Source: Squalus acanthias (Eukaryota). From it: a stretch of 37,723 nucleotides of DNA. A program made the translations under genes and the position numbers. Below, piece by piece: positions 1 to 11,585 of the stretch (its first letter is position 1; each line of letters begins with the position of its first letter). The stretch is taken from positions 434,001 to 471,723 of the forward strand of contig JASTWF010000367.1 of NCBI GenBank assembly GCA_030390025.1, in the 5' to 3' direction. The notes under the pieces are model-generated. The model did not search any database and was not told the DNA's origin. It worked only from the letters and a program-made list of their open reading frames with translations.

Positions 1-21
1 GTCACTCACGCTGACACTGGT

Positions 22-465
22 ACAACAAACACACAGCAGCAACGACTTGCATTTCCATTGATACGCATCGCAAGGTACTTCACAGAAGCCAAGTACGACA
101 AAAGATGGGCTCAGACTAAAGGAGGTAGAAGGAGGCGTGGTCAGAATGTTGGTCACAGCAGTGAGTTTCGGAGGGTTCTAAAGGAGGAGGGAGCTGGAGA
201 GGTTTAGGTGGGGAATTGATGAGCATTGAGCCGGACAGCCGAAGGCACAGCCTCCATAGATGGGGGGAGAAGAGGGCAGAGTCGCAGGAATAGAGAGACC
301 TTGGTGGTGGGGATTGTATGGCTGGAGGACGTTACAGAGACAGGAAGGGACATGACCATGAAGGGATTTAAACGACCATAGGTATAATAATTTGGACATG
401 CTGGAGGACCGGGAGCCAATGTACGTATATAAGGACAGGAATGATCGGTGAGCAGGGATTTGATG
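22..465 (-). mobile_element. Decayed 3' end of an L2-clade LINE
   Basis: Minus-strand translation gives L2 ORF2 C-terminal remnants (FKSLHGHVPSCLCNVLQPYNP...GGCAF). The left end (caacgacttgcattt...aaggtacttcacag) resembles an L2-type 3' tail. Confidence 0.7.
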
Positions 466-473
466 CACTTTGA

Positions 474-1524
474 CATACCAATGCCCAGCCCCACACCCCA
501 CTGACCCAGGCACGCACCCCACTGACCCAGCCCCACACCCCACCATCCCAGCTTCACATTCCACTGACCCAGCCCCACACCCCACTGACCCGGCTACGCA
601 CACCACTAACCCAGCCCCGGATCGCACTTACCCAGCCCCTCACCACACTGTCCCAGCCCCGCACCGCACTGACCCAGCCCCACACTTCACTGATCCGGCG
701 TCACACCGCACTGAACCAGCCCCTCATTCCTCTGACACAGCCCTTCACCCCACTGACGCAGCCCCACACCCCACTGAACCAGCCCCTCACCCCACTGACC
801 CTGCCCCACACCCCACTTACACAGCCTCTCACCCCACTGACCCAGCCCCGCACCGCACAGACCCAGCCCCTCACTCCACTGACCCAGCCCCGCACCGCAC
901 AGACCCAGCCCCTCACTCCACTGACCCAGCCCCGCACCGCACAGACCCAGCCCCTCACTCCACTGACTCATCCCCGCACCGCACTGACGCAGCCCCACAC
1001 CCCACAGACCCAGCCCCGCACACCACTGACCCAGCCCCGCACAAAACTGACCCAGACCCGCACTCCACTCAGCAGCCCCGCACACCACTGACCCAGCCAC
1101 ACGTTCCACTGACCCAGCCCCACACCCCACTGACCCAGCTCCGCACCGCACTAACCCAGCCCCATACCCGACTGATCCGGCAACACACCGTACTGACCCA
1201 GCCCCACACCCCACTATCCGAGCTCCACATTCCACTGACCCAGCTGCACACCCCACTGACCCAGCCCCTCACCCCACTGACCCAGCCCCACACCCCACTG
1301 GCCCAGCCCCACAGACCGCTGACCAAGCATCACACTCCACTGACCCAGTCCCACACCAAACTGACCCAGCCCCACACCAAACTGACCCAGCTACACACCC
1401 CAATGACCCAGCCCCTCACCCCACTGACGCAGCCCCACACCACACTGAACCAGCCCCACACCACACTGACCTCGCCCCTCACAACACTGACCCAGCCCCA
1501 CACTCCACTGACCCAGCCCCACAC
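474..1524. repeat. 21-bp minisatellite (CCCCACTGACCCAGCCCCACA)n, left part of the unit-1 array
   Basis: Direct tandem repetition with a 21-nt period, seen as 7-aa repeats (TDPAPHP / TQPHTPL) in the ORF track. Interrupted by a CR1 at ~1525. Confidence 0.95.
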
Positions 1525-1532
1525 TACATAGA

Positions 1533-2484
1533 ATGGAGCAGGTGATGTGTTACTGTTGCGAGATGTAGGAGCCGGTGGACCCCATTGAGGTTCACGGTGA
1601 TTACATCTGTGACAATTGTCTGCTGCTATAGGAACTCCAGCTCCGTGTTGATGAGCTGGAGTCTGAGCTTCAGATACTGCGACACATCAGGGAAGGGGAG
1701 AAGTACCTGGACTCTGTGTTTCAGGAGGTGGTCACACCTATGAAGTTAATTAATTCAGATGTAGCCCATGGTCAGAGTCAGGACGGGGTGACTCGAGTGA
1801 GGCAGGTACGGGTATCCAGGAGGTAGTGTTGGAGGAGCCGCAGCCCTTGCTCTTGTCCAAAAGTTTCGAGGTTCTTACTCCCTGTGGGGACAGGAGCAGG
1901 GACTGCAGGGAGGATTAGCAACCTGGCCACAGCACCGTGGAACGGGGGCCATTCAGGTGGGGGGAGTAAATAGAAATGGTTTAGTGGTAGGGGATAGTAT
2001 TATTAGGGTGATAGATAGAGTTCTCTGCAGCCGAGAGCGAGAGTCCCGTAGGCTGCGTTGCCTGCCCGGTGCCAGGTTTAAGGACATCTCCTCTGGGCTG
2101 GAAAGAAACTTGCAGTGGGAGGGGGTGGATCCAGTTGTCGTGGTCCATGTTGGTACAAACGACGTAGATAGGACAAGTAAGCCGGTTCTGGTAAAGGAGT
2201 ATGAGCAGCTAGGGGTCAAATTAAAAAACAAAACCTCAAGGGTAATAATCTCTGGATTATTACCTGAGCCACGAGCGAATTTGGCTAGGACAAATAAAAT
2301 TAGAGAGTTAAATGAGTGGCTCAAAGACTGGTGTCGGAGAAATGGGTTTTGCTTCCTGGGACACTGGCACGAGTACTGGGGCAGGTGGGAGCTGTTCCGT
2401 TGGGATGGGCTTCACTTGGCCAGTGCTGGGGCTAGAGTCCTGGCGGATCATATAACTACGGCTGTAGAGAGGGCTTTAAACTAA
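1533..2484 (+). pseudogene. CR1-A ORF1 (CxxC...CxxC zinc finger, coiled coil, SGNH/GDSL esterase), disrupted
   Basis: ATG at 1533 reads MEQVMCYCCEM*...YICDNCLLL*ELQLRVDELESEL with in-frame stops. 1957-2484 reads VVGDSI...VGTND...DGLHL...ERALN*. Confidence 0.9.
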
Positions 2485-5460
2485 CTAGTGGGGGGGGGGG
2501 GGGGGGAGGGTTCCGAGAGAACATTTATTAAAAATGACAACAGAGAAGGTCATAGACTTAGGTAGCAGTGGGGAAATTAAAAACCAGAGTATTTCAGGAA
2601 GGGGCAGAAAGTATGGAGTAAAAGGTAAAGTAATAAAAAAGGGCAAAAGCAGGAACTAAGTGTCAGAAAACATATTTGAAAGTTCTCTATCTGAATGCAA
2701 GTAGCATTCGTAACAAAGTAGAAGAGTTAATGGCACAAATAATTACATATGGGTATGATCGTGTGTCCATTACAGAAACATGGCTGCAGGGTGACAATGC
2801 CTGGGAATTAAACATACCAGGTTATTTAACGATCAGGAAGGACAGGCAGGAAGGAAAGGGAGGTGGGGTGGCTATGTTAATAAAGGAAGGAATCACTGTA
2901 ATACAGATAAATGATATTGGGTCAAAAGATCAGGATAATGAAACAGTTTGGTGGAGATAAGGATAAATAAGGGGAAAAAACACTAGTGGGCGTAGTCTAT
3001 AGGCCTCCGAACAGTTGCAACTCTGTTGGATGGAGTGTCAATCAGGAAATAGTTGAGGCTTGTAATAAGGGAACATCTACAATTATGGGGGACTTTAACT
3101 ATCATATTAATTGGAAAAATCAAATAGGGCAGTCCTGCCTTGAGGATGAGTTCGATGAGTGTATTAGGGATGGGTTTCTTGAGCAGTATGTAACTGAACC
3201 GACCAGGGGGCAAGCAACCTTAGATCTGGTCCTGTGTAACGAGACAGGATGAATTAAAAATGTCCTAGTAAAGGATCCCCTTGGAATGAGTGACCATGAC
3301 ATGGTTGAATTCCATATTCAATTAGAGGGTGAGAAGGTTGGATCTCAAACAAGCGTGGTAAGCTTGAATAAAGGACACCATGAAGGTATGCGAGCGGAAT
3401 TGAGTAGAGTGGATTGGGAAAATAGATTAAAGGGTAAGACGATACATGATCAGTGGTGTACATTTAAGGAGATATTTTACCACTTCAAAAAAAAAATATT
3501 CCACTGAGAAGAAAAGGGTGTAAAAGAAAAGACAGTCATCCGTAGCTAAGTAAAGAAATTAAGGATAGTATTCGACTAAAAATAAGGGCTGTTAAGGTAG
3601 CCAAATCTATAGGGGGAATGAAGGATTGGGAAAACTTTAAAAGACAGCAAAAAATAACAAAAATCTTGATTAAGAAAGGGAAGATAGATTATGAAAGTAT
3701 ATTAGCAAAAAATATAAAAATAGATAGTAAGAGTTTTTATTGTTATATAAAAAGAAAAAGGGTGGCTAAAGTAAATGTTGGTCCCTTAGAGGATGAGACC
3801 GGGAAATTAATGGTGGGAAATATGGAGATGGCAAATACACTGAATGAATATTTTGTATCAGTCTTTACAGTAGAGGACACTAAGAATATCCCAACACTGG
3901 ACAAACAGGGGGCTATAGGGGGGGGAGGAGCTAAACACGATCAAAATCACTAAGGAAGTGGTACTCGGTAAAATAATGCGACTCAAGGCGAATAAATCAC
4001 CTGGACCTGATGGCTTACATCCTAGTGTCTTGAGGGAAGTGGCGGTAGGGATTGTGGATGCATTGGTAATAAATTTCCAAAACTCCCTGGACTCAGCAAA
4101 GATCCCGGCTAACTATGAATGTAACACCCTTATTTAAAAAGGGCAGTAGACAAAAGGCTGGAAACTATAGGCCGGTTAGCCTAACATCTGTGGTAGGTAA
4201 AATTTTGGAGTCCATTATTAAGGAGACAGTAACGGGACATTTGGATAATCATAATTTAATAAGACAAAGTCAGCATGGTTTTATGAAGGGGAAGTCATGT
4301 TTGACAATTTTGCTGGAGTTCTTTGAGGAAGTAACATACAGGGTGGATAAAGGGGAACCAGTGGACGTAGTGTATTTGGACGTCCAAAAAGCATTTGACA
4401 AGGTGCCACACAAAAGATTATTGCTTAAGATAAAAAATCACGGGATTGGGGGTAATATTCTGGCATGGATAGAGGATTGGCTATCTAACAAAAGGCAGAG
4501 AGTTGGGATAAATGGTTCATTCTCAGACTGGCAATCAGTAACTAGTGGTGTTCCGCAGGGGTCAGTGATGGGTCCCCAACTCTTTACAATCTATATTAAC
4601 GATTTGGAGGAGGGGACCGAGTGTAACATATCAAAGTTTGCAGATGATACTAAGATGGGAGGGAAAGTAGTGAGTGAGGAGGACATAAAAAACCTGCAAG
4701 GGGACATAGACAGGCTAAGTTAGTGGGCAGAGATTTGGCAATGGAATACAATACTGGAAAGTGTGAGGTTATGCACTTTGGCAGGAAAAATAGCAGAGCA
4801 AGTTATTATCTTAATGGCAAGAAACTGGAAAGTACTGAAGTACAAAGGGATCTGGGGATCCTGGTGCACGAAACTCAAAAGGTTAGTATGCAAGTGCAGC
4901 AAGTGATTAAGAAGGCCAATGGAATGTTGGCTTTCATTGCTAGGGGGATAGAATATAAAAATAGGGAGGTATTGCTTCAGTTCTACAAGGTATTGGTGAG
5001 ACCGCACCTGGAATACTGCATACAGTTTTGGTGTCCATACTTAATAAAAGACATACTTGCTCTCGAGTCAGTACAAATAAGGCTCACTCGGTTAATCCCG
5101 GGGATGAGGGGGTGGACATATGAGGAGAGGTTGGGTAGATTGGGACTCGAATCATTGGAGTTCAGAAGAATGAGAGGCGATCTTATTGAAACATATAAAA
5201 TTGTGAAGGGGTTGGATCGGGTGGATGCGGGGAGAATGTTCCCGATGATGGGTGAAACTAGAACTAGGGGCGTTGTCTTAGAATAAGGGGCTGCTCTTTC
5301 AAAACTGAGATGAGAAGGAACTACTTCACTCAGAGGGTGGTAGGTCCATGGAATATGCTGCCCCAAAAAGCTGTAGAAGCTACATCATTACTTAAATTTA
5401 AAACAGAAATAGACAGTTTCCTAGAAGTAAAGGGAATTAACGGTTATGGGGACCGGCAGG
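2481..5460 (+). pseudogene. CR1-A ORF2 (APE endonuclease + reverse transcriptase), fragmented
   Basis: Motifs [47 protein letters not shown] and FADD are spread over several frames with stops and frameshifts. Confidence 0.93.
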
Positions 5461-5710
5461 AATTTGGACATGAGTCTAGGTTCGGATCGGTCATGGCCCT
5501 GTGGTAGCATCGCGGGCCCAGGGGCCGTGTAGCCTGATCCTGCTCCTATTTCGTCTGTCCAATTCTGTTAGGTTCAGGTAATGGTTCTGTGATAGCAGAT
5601 TGGCGGTTAGGATCAGATCAGCCATGATCTTATTGAATGGCGGAGCCGGCTCGAGGGGCCAATTGGCCTACTCCTTCTCCTATTTCTTATGTTCTTATGT
5701 TCTTATGTTC

Positions 5711-8700
5711 ACACCACACTGACCCAGCCCCACACCCCACTGAACCATCCCCACACTCCTCATATCCAGTTCCACACACCACTGACCCAGCCCCACACCC
5801 CACTGAGACAGCCCCACAACCCACTTTCCCAGACCCAACACCCCACTGACCCAGTCCAACACCCGACTGAGCAAGCCCATCACCCCACTGACCCAGCCCC
5901 TTACCCAACTCACCCAGCTAAACACCCCACTCACCCATCCCCAAACACCACTGACCAAGTGTCACATCCCACTGAAAAAGCCCCGAAACCACCCTGACCT
6001 AGCCCCACACCCCACTGACCCAGCCCCACACCGCACTGACCCAGCCCCACACCCCACTGACCCAACCCCACATCCCACTGACCCAGCCCCAGACCCCACT
6101 GACCCAGCCAAGCACCGACAACCCACAGAACTTACCACACACTCCACTCATCAATCCCAACACCCCAGTGACCCAGTCCCACACCCAACTGAACAAGCCC
6201 AGCACCGACAACCCACAGACCCTATCTCACACCTCTCTCATCCAGCCCCACACCCCACTGACCAGTCCCACACATCACTGAACCAGCCCAGCACCGACAA
6301 CCCACAGACCCTAGCACACACCCCACTCATCCAGTCCCAAACCCCACTGACCCAGTCCCACACCCAACTGACCCACCGCAGCAGCGACAACCAACAGAAT
6401 CTACCACACACCCCACTCATCCAGCCCCACACACCACTGACCCAGTCCCACACCCCACTGAACCAGCCCCCACTGACCAGCCACACCCCACTGACCTAGC
6501 TCCACACCCCACAGACCCAGCCCCACACCCCACTGATCCAGCCCCACACCGCACTGACTCAGCCACAATCACTACTGACACAGCCCCACACACCACTGAG
6601 CCAGCCCCACATACTACTGACATTGCCCCAAACACCACAGACACAGCCCCAAACACCACTGGCACAGCCCCACACACCACTAACCCAGAACCACAACCAC
6701 TGACAAAGCCACGCACCCCAATGACTCAGCCCCACACAACACTGACCCAGCCCCACACCCCACCGACCCAGCCCCACACCCCACTGACACAGCCCCGAAC
6801 CTCACTGACCCAGCCCCACACCCCACTGACCCAGCCCCACACCCCACCGACCCAGCCCCACACCCCACTGACACAGCCCCGCACCCCACTGACCCAGCCC
6901 CACACCCCACTGACCCAGCCCCACACCCCACTGACCCAGCCCCACATCCCACTGACCCAGCCCCACACTCCACTGACCCAGCCCCACACCCCACTGACCC
7001 AGTCCCACACACCACTGACCCAGCCCCACACCCCACTGACCCAGCCCCACACCCCACTGACCCAGCCCCACACACCACTGACCCAGCCCCGCACCCCACT
7101 GACCCAGCCACACATACCGCTGTCCCAGCCCCATAACCCACAGATCCAGCCGCACACCCCACTGACACAGCCCCACACCCCACTGACCCAGCCCAACAAA
7201 ATACGGACGCAGCCCCGCAACCTACTGACTCAGACCTCACTGACCCAGCCCCACATCCCAACTAACCAGACCCACACCCCACTGCTCCTGCCCCATACCC
7301 CAACTAGCCAGTCCCACACACCACTGACCAAGCCCCACACACCAATGAACCAGCCCCACAAACCACTGACCCAGCCCCATACCCCACTGACGCAGCCCCA
7401 TACCTCACTGACCCAGCCCCACACCCCACTGACCCAGCCCCATACCCGAACTAGCCAGCCCCACACATCACTGAACAAGCCCCACACACCACTGACCCAG
7501 CCCCACAATCCACTGACCCAGCCCCACACCCCACTGACCCAGCCCCACACACCACTGACCCAGCCCCGCACCCCACTGACCCAGCCACACACACCGCTGT
7601 CCCAGCCCCATAACCCACAGATCCAGCCCCACACCCAACTGACCCAGTCCCACACCCCACTGACCCAGCCCCACACCCCACTGACCCAGCCCCACACCCC
7701 ACTGACCCAGCCCCACACCACACTGACCCAGCCCCACACACCACTGACCCAGCCCCGCACCCCACTGACCAAGCCCCACAACCCACTGACCCGCCCCCAT
7801 ACCCCAACTAGCCAGTCCCACACACCACTGACCAAGCCCCACACAACACTGACCCAGCCCCATACCCCACTGACCCAACCCCACACCCCACTGACCCAGC
7901 CCCATACCAGAACTAGCCAGCCCCACACCCCACTGAACAAGCCCCACACACCACTGACCCAGCCCCACACTCCACTGACCCAGCCCCACACACCACTGAC
8001 CCAGCCCCATACCTCACTGACCCAGCGCTGCACCCACTGACCCAGCCCGACACCCCTGTGACCCAGCCCCACACCCCACTGACCCAGCCCCATACCTCAC
8101 TGACCCAGCGCTGCACCCCACTGACCCAGCCCGACACCCCTCTGACCCAGCCCCACACCCCACTGACCCAGCCCAACACCCCACGGAGCCAGCCCCACAC
8201 CCCACCGACCCAGCCCAACACCCCAATGAGCCAGCCCCACACCCCACTGACCCAGCCCCGCACCCCACTGAGAAGCCCCGCACCCCACTGACCCAGCCAC
8301 ACACAACACTGACCCAGCCCCATACCCCACAGACCCGGCCCCACACCCCACTGACCCAGTCACACTACCCCACTGACCCAGCCCAACAAAACACTGACCC
8401 AGCACCGCACCCCACTGACCCAGCCCCACACCCCACTGACCATGCCCCACACAACACTGACCCAGCCCCACACCCCACTGACCCACTCCAATCCCCAGGG
8501 ACCTAGCCCCGCACCCCACTGACCCAGCCCTACAAGCCACTGACACTGCTCCACACCCCACTGACCCAGCCCCACATCCCACTGTCCCAGCCGCAATGAC
8601 CAAGCATCAAACATCGCTGACCCACACCCACACCCCACTCATCCAGCCACTCACCCCACGTACCAACACCACAGCCCATTGACTCAGCCAAACAACCCAC

Positions 8701-9266
8701 TGAGCCAGCCCCACACACCGCTGACACAGCCCCACACACCACGACCCCAGAACCACAACCGCTGACAAAGCTCCGCACCCCACTGACTCAGCCCCATACA
8801 CCACTGACCCAGCACCGTACCACTACTGAACAAGCCCCACACTCTTCTGAGCCAGCCTCCCACAACACTGACCCAGACGCACACCCCACTGACCAAGCCC
8901 CACACTGCATTGACCCAGCCTCACACCACACTGACCCATGTCCGCACCCCCACAGACACAGCCCCGGACCTGACTGACCCAGCCGCACACCCCACTGACC
9001 CGCCCCGAACCCCACTGACCCAGCCCCGCACCCCACTGAGCGGCCCAGCACCCCACTGACTAAGCCACACAAACCAGTGTCCCAGCCCCATACCCCACAG
9101 ACTCAACCCGACACCCAGCTGACCCAGCCGCATATCACACTGACCCAGCCTCACCTCCACTGACCAAGCCCCACACCCCACTGATCCAGCACCACACCCC
9201 ACTGAGCCAGCCCCGTACTCCACTGACCAAGCCCCACACAAGACAGGCCCAGTCCCACACCCCACT
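5711..9266. repeat. 21-bp minisatellite, right part of the unit-1 array
   Basis: Same 21-nt consensus. Contains a ~90-bp higher-order variant at ~6100-6430. Confidence 0.95.
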
Positions 9267-11135
9267 GATCTGGATCCTGCCAGGTGTGTATGCGGTTTCA
9301 CAGTGTATCAGGATCCTGCAAGGTGCGTATGGGGTTTCACAGTGCATCAGGATCCTGCCAGGTGTGTATGGGGATTCACAGTGTAGCAGGATCCTGCCAG
9401 GTGTGTATGGCGTTTCACCGTGTACCAGGATCCGGCCAGGTGTCTATGGTGTTTCACAGTGTATCGGGATCCTGCCAGGTGTGTATGGGGTTTCACAGTG
9501 TATCAGGAACCTGCCAGGTGTGTATGGCGTTTCACCGTGTACCAGGATCCGGCCAGATGTCTATGGTGTTTCACAGTGTATCGGGATCCTGCCAGGTGTG
9601 TATGGGGTTTCACAGTGTATCAGGATCTGCCAGGTGTATATGGTGTTGCACAGTATATCTGGATTCTGCCAGGTGTGTATGGTGTTTCACAGTGTATTGG
9701 GGTCCTGCCAGACGTGTATGGGCTTCTACAGAATATCAGGAAACCTACAGGATTGTATGGCATTTCACAGTGTAGCGGGATCCTCCGGGTGTTTATGGGG
9801 TTTCACAGTGTATCAGGATCCTGCCTGGTGTGTATGGGGTATTTCATTTTCACAGGACCCTCTCTGGTGTGTATGGGGTATCGCATGGTATCAGGAGCTG
9901 CCAGTTCTGTATGGGGTTTCACAGTGCATCTGGATCCTGCCAGGTGTCTATGGGTTTTCACTGTGTATGACGATCCTGGCAATTGTGAATGGGATTTCAC
10001 AGTGTATCAGTATTCTGCCACGTGTTTATGGGGTATCGCAGTGCATCAGGATCCTACCAGGTGTGTATGGGGTTTCACAGTGTATCAGGATCCTCCCAGG
10101 TGTGTATGGGATTTCACAGTGTATCAGAATTCTGCCAGGTGTGTATGGGGTGTCACAGTGTATCAAGATCCTGTCAGATGTGTTTGGGGTTTCACTGTGT
10201 ATCAGGATCCTGCCAGGTGTGTATTGGGTTTCACAGTGTATCAGGATCCTCCCAGGTGTGTATGGGTTTTCAAAGTGTATCACGATCCTGCCAGTTGTGT
10301 TGAGATTTCACAGTGTACCAGGATCCTGGCTGGTGTGTATGGGTTTTCAGAGTGTATCAGGATACTGCCTGGTGTTTATGGGGTATCATAGTTTATCAGG
10401 ATCCTGCCAGGTATGTATGGGATTTCACAGTGTACCAGGATCCTGCCACGTGTGTATGGAGTTTCACAGCGTGTCAGGAACCTGACAGGTGTTTAAGGAG
10501 TTTCACAGTGTACCAGGATCCTGCCGGATGTGCTTGATGTTTCACAGTGTATCAGGATCCTGCCAGGTGTGTTTGGAGTTTCGCAGTGTGTCAGGATCCT
10601 GCTAGATGTGTATGGGGTTTCACAGTGTAACAGGATCCTGCCAGGTGTGTATGGGGTTTTACAGTGAACCAGGAGCCTGCCAGGTGTGTATGGAGTTTCA
10701 CAGTGTGTCAGGATCCTGCCAGGTGTGTATGGGGTTTTACAGTGTATCAGGATCCTGCCAGGTGTGAATGGGGTTTCACAGTATATCAGGATCCTGCCAG
10801 GTGTGTATAGGGTTTCACAGTGTATCAGGAACCTGCCAGATGTGTATGGGTTATCATAGTTTATCAGGATCCTGCCAGGTGTGTATGGGGTTTCACAGTG
10901 TATAAGGATCCTGCCAGTTGTGTATGGGGTTTCACAGTATATCAGGAACCTGCCAGGTGTGTATGGGGTTCACAGTGTATCAGGATCCTGCCAGGTGTGT
11001 ATGGGGTTACACAGTGTATCAGGATCCTGCCAGGTGTGTATGGGGTTTCACAGTGTATCAGGATCCTGCCAGGTGTGTATGGGGTTTCACACTGTATCAG
11101 GATCCTGCCAGGTGTGAAAGGGGTTTCACCGTTTA
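9267..11135. repeat. 39-bp satellite (CACAGTGTATCAGGATCCTGCCAGGTGTGTATGGGGTTT)n, ~48 copies
   Basis: 39-nt period, seen as 13-aa repeats (GVSQCIRILPGVY). Each unit has the palindrome CAGGATCCTG (BamHI site). Confidence 0.95.
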
Positions 11136-11138
11136 CCG

Positions 11139-11585
11139 CTGGAAATAGGCTTTAGAGATGAAAAGTAAAGGGAGAAAAGGAAAAATAAAACACAAATAAA
11201 GTTCAGAAGCTACATTAACCTTACCTTGATCCCGCAATGATTTCCTGTCTCTCTATTTCCGTGTTGATTTTGATAGTTTTATCCGTATTATTTCACTACA
11301 ACCAATCAGGTTAAGTTTCTTTGTTTGATTTGAGCAAATCACAAATTGTGAATTGCTCTGATTCTTGTTCTGTGAGATTCAGAGCTCCGCCCTCTGTGTG
11401 AAAGCTGCTGCCCGCCCTCGGGATTGATTTCAACTCAAACATTCCGCATTCGCTACAGAACAGGGAGCGGCCATTCTGGCTAAATCAAATTCAACCGGTT
11501 TGACAATTCGCTGCCACTTCACCTGTGAACAAAATTAGTTATATAATTGACTTCATATCCTCTTCCAGGGAAGTTGAGTAAAACA
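11139..11585 (-). promoter_or_regulatory. Module M copy 1: putative promoter / non-coding exon / short intron
   Basis: On the minus strand, in order: TTC-N4-GAA (11563-11572); acceptor ctaattttgttcacAG (11524-11523); two GC boxes; CTGATTGG (CCAAT at 11302); ETS-like CGGAAAT/CAGGAAAT; donor AAG|GTAAGG (GT 11224-11223); long polypyrimidine tract; AG at 11150 or 11139. Confidence 0.45.

Larger units (their letters stand above)
1525..5710 (+). mobile_element. CR1-clade LINE (CR1-A), lacking the 5'UTR, decayed, inserted in the 21-bp minisatellite
   Basis: ORF1 (Zn finger/leucine zipper + esterase), ORF2 (APE endonuclease + RT fragments), 3' stem-loop and (TTATGTTC)3 tail ending ~5710. The minisatellite resumes on both sides. 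Confidence 0.95.

Noticed and set aside
470..9266. Long Pro/Thr/His-rich or Gly/Val/Trp/Cys-rich ORFs (e.g. 470-1531, 6721-8040; also 18612-22966) resembling mucins or keratin-associated proteins
   Set aside because: They are translations of a 21-bp repeat that lacks stops in most frames. ORFs occur on both strands simultaneously, shift frame freely, and have no unique domain or signal peptide.
9284..11155. 13-aa repeat ORFs (GVSQCIRILPGVY / FTVYQDPARCVWG / HCETPYTPGRILI)
   Set aside because: The 39-bp consensus is stop-free in all three + frames. Frequent 1-bp indels and no codon-position bias indicate non-coding satellite.
11290..11360. MHC-type S-X-Y promoter suggested by the Y-box CTGATTGG
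   Set aside because: No recognisable X1/X2 box at the expected spacing, and the CCAAT is lost in copy 3. Treated as a generic CCAAT box.
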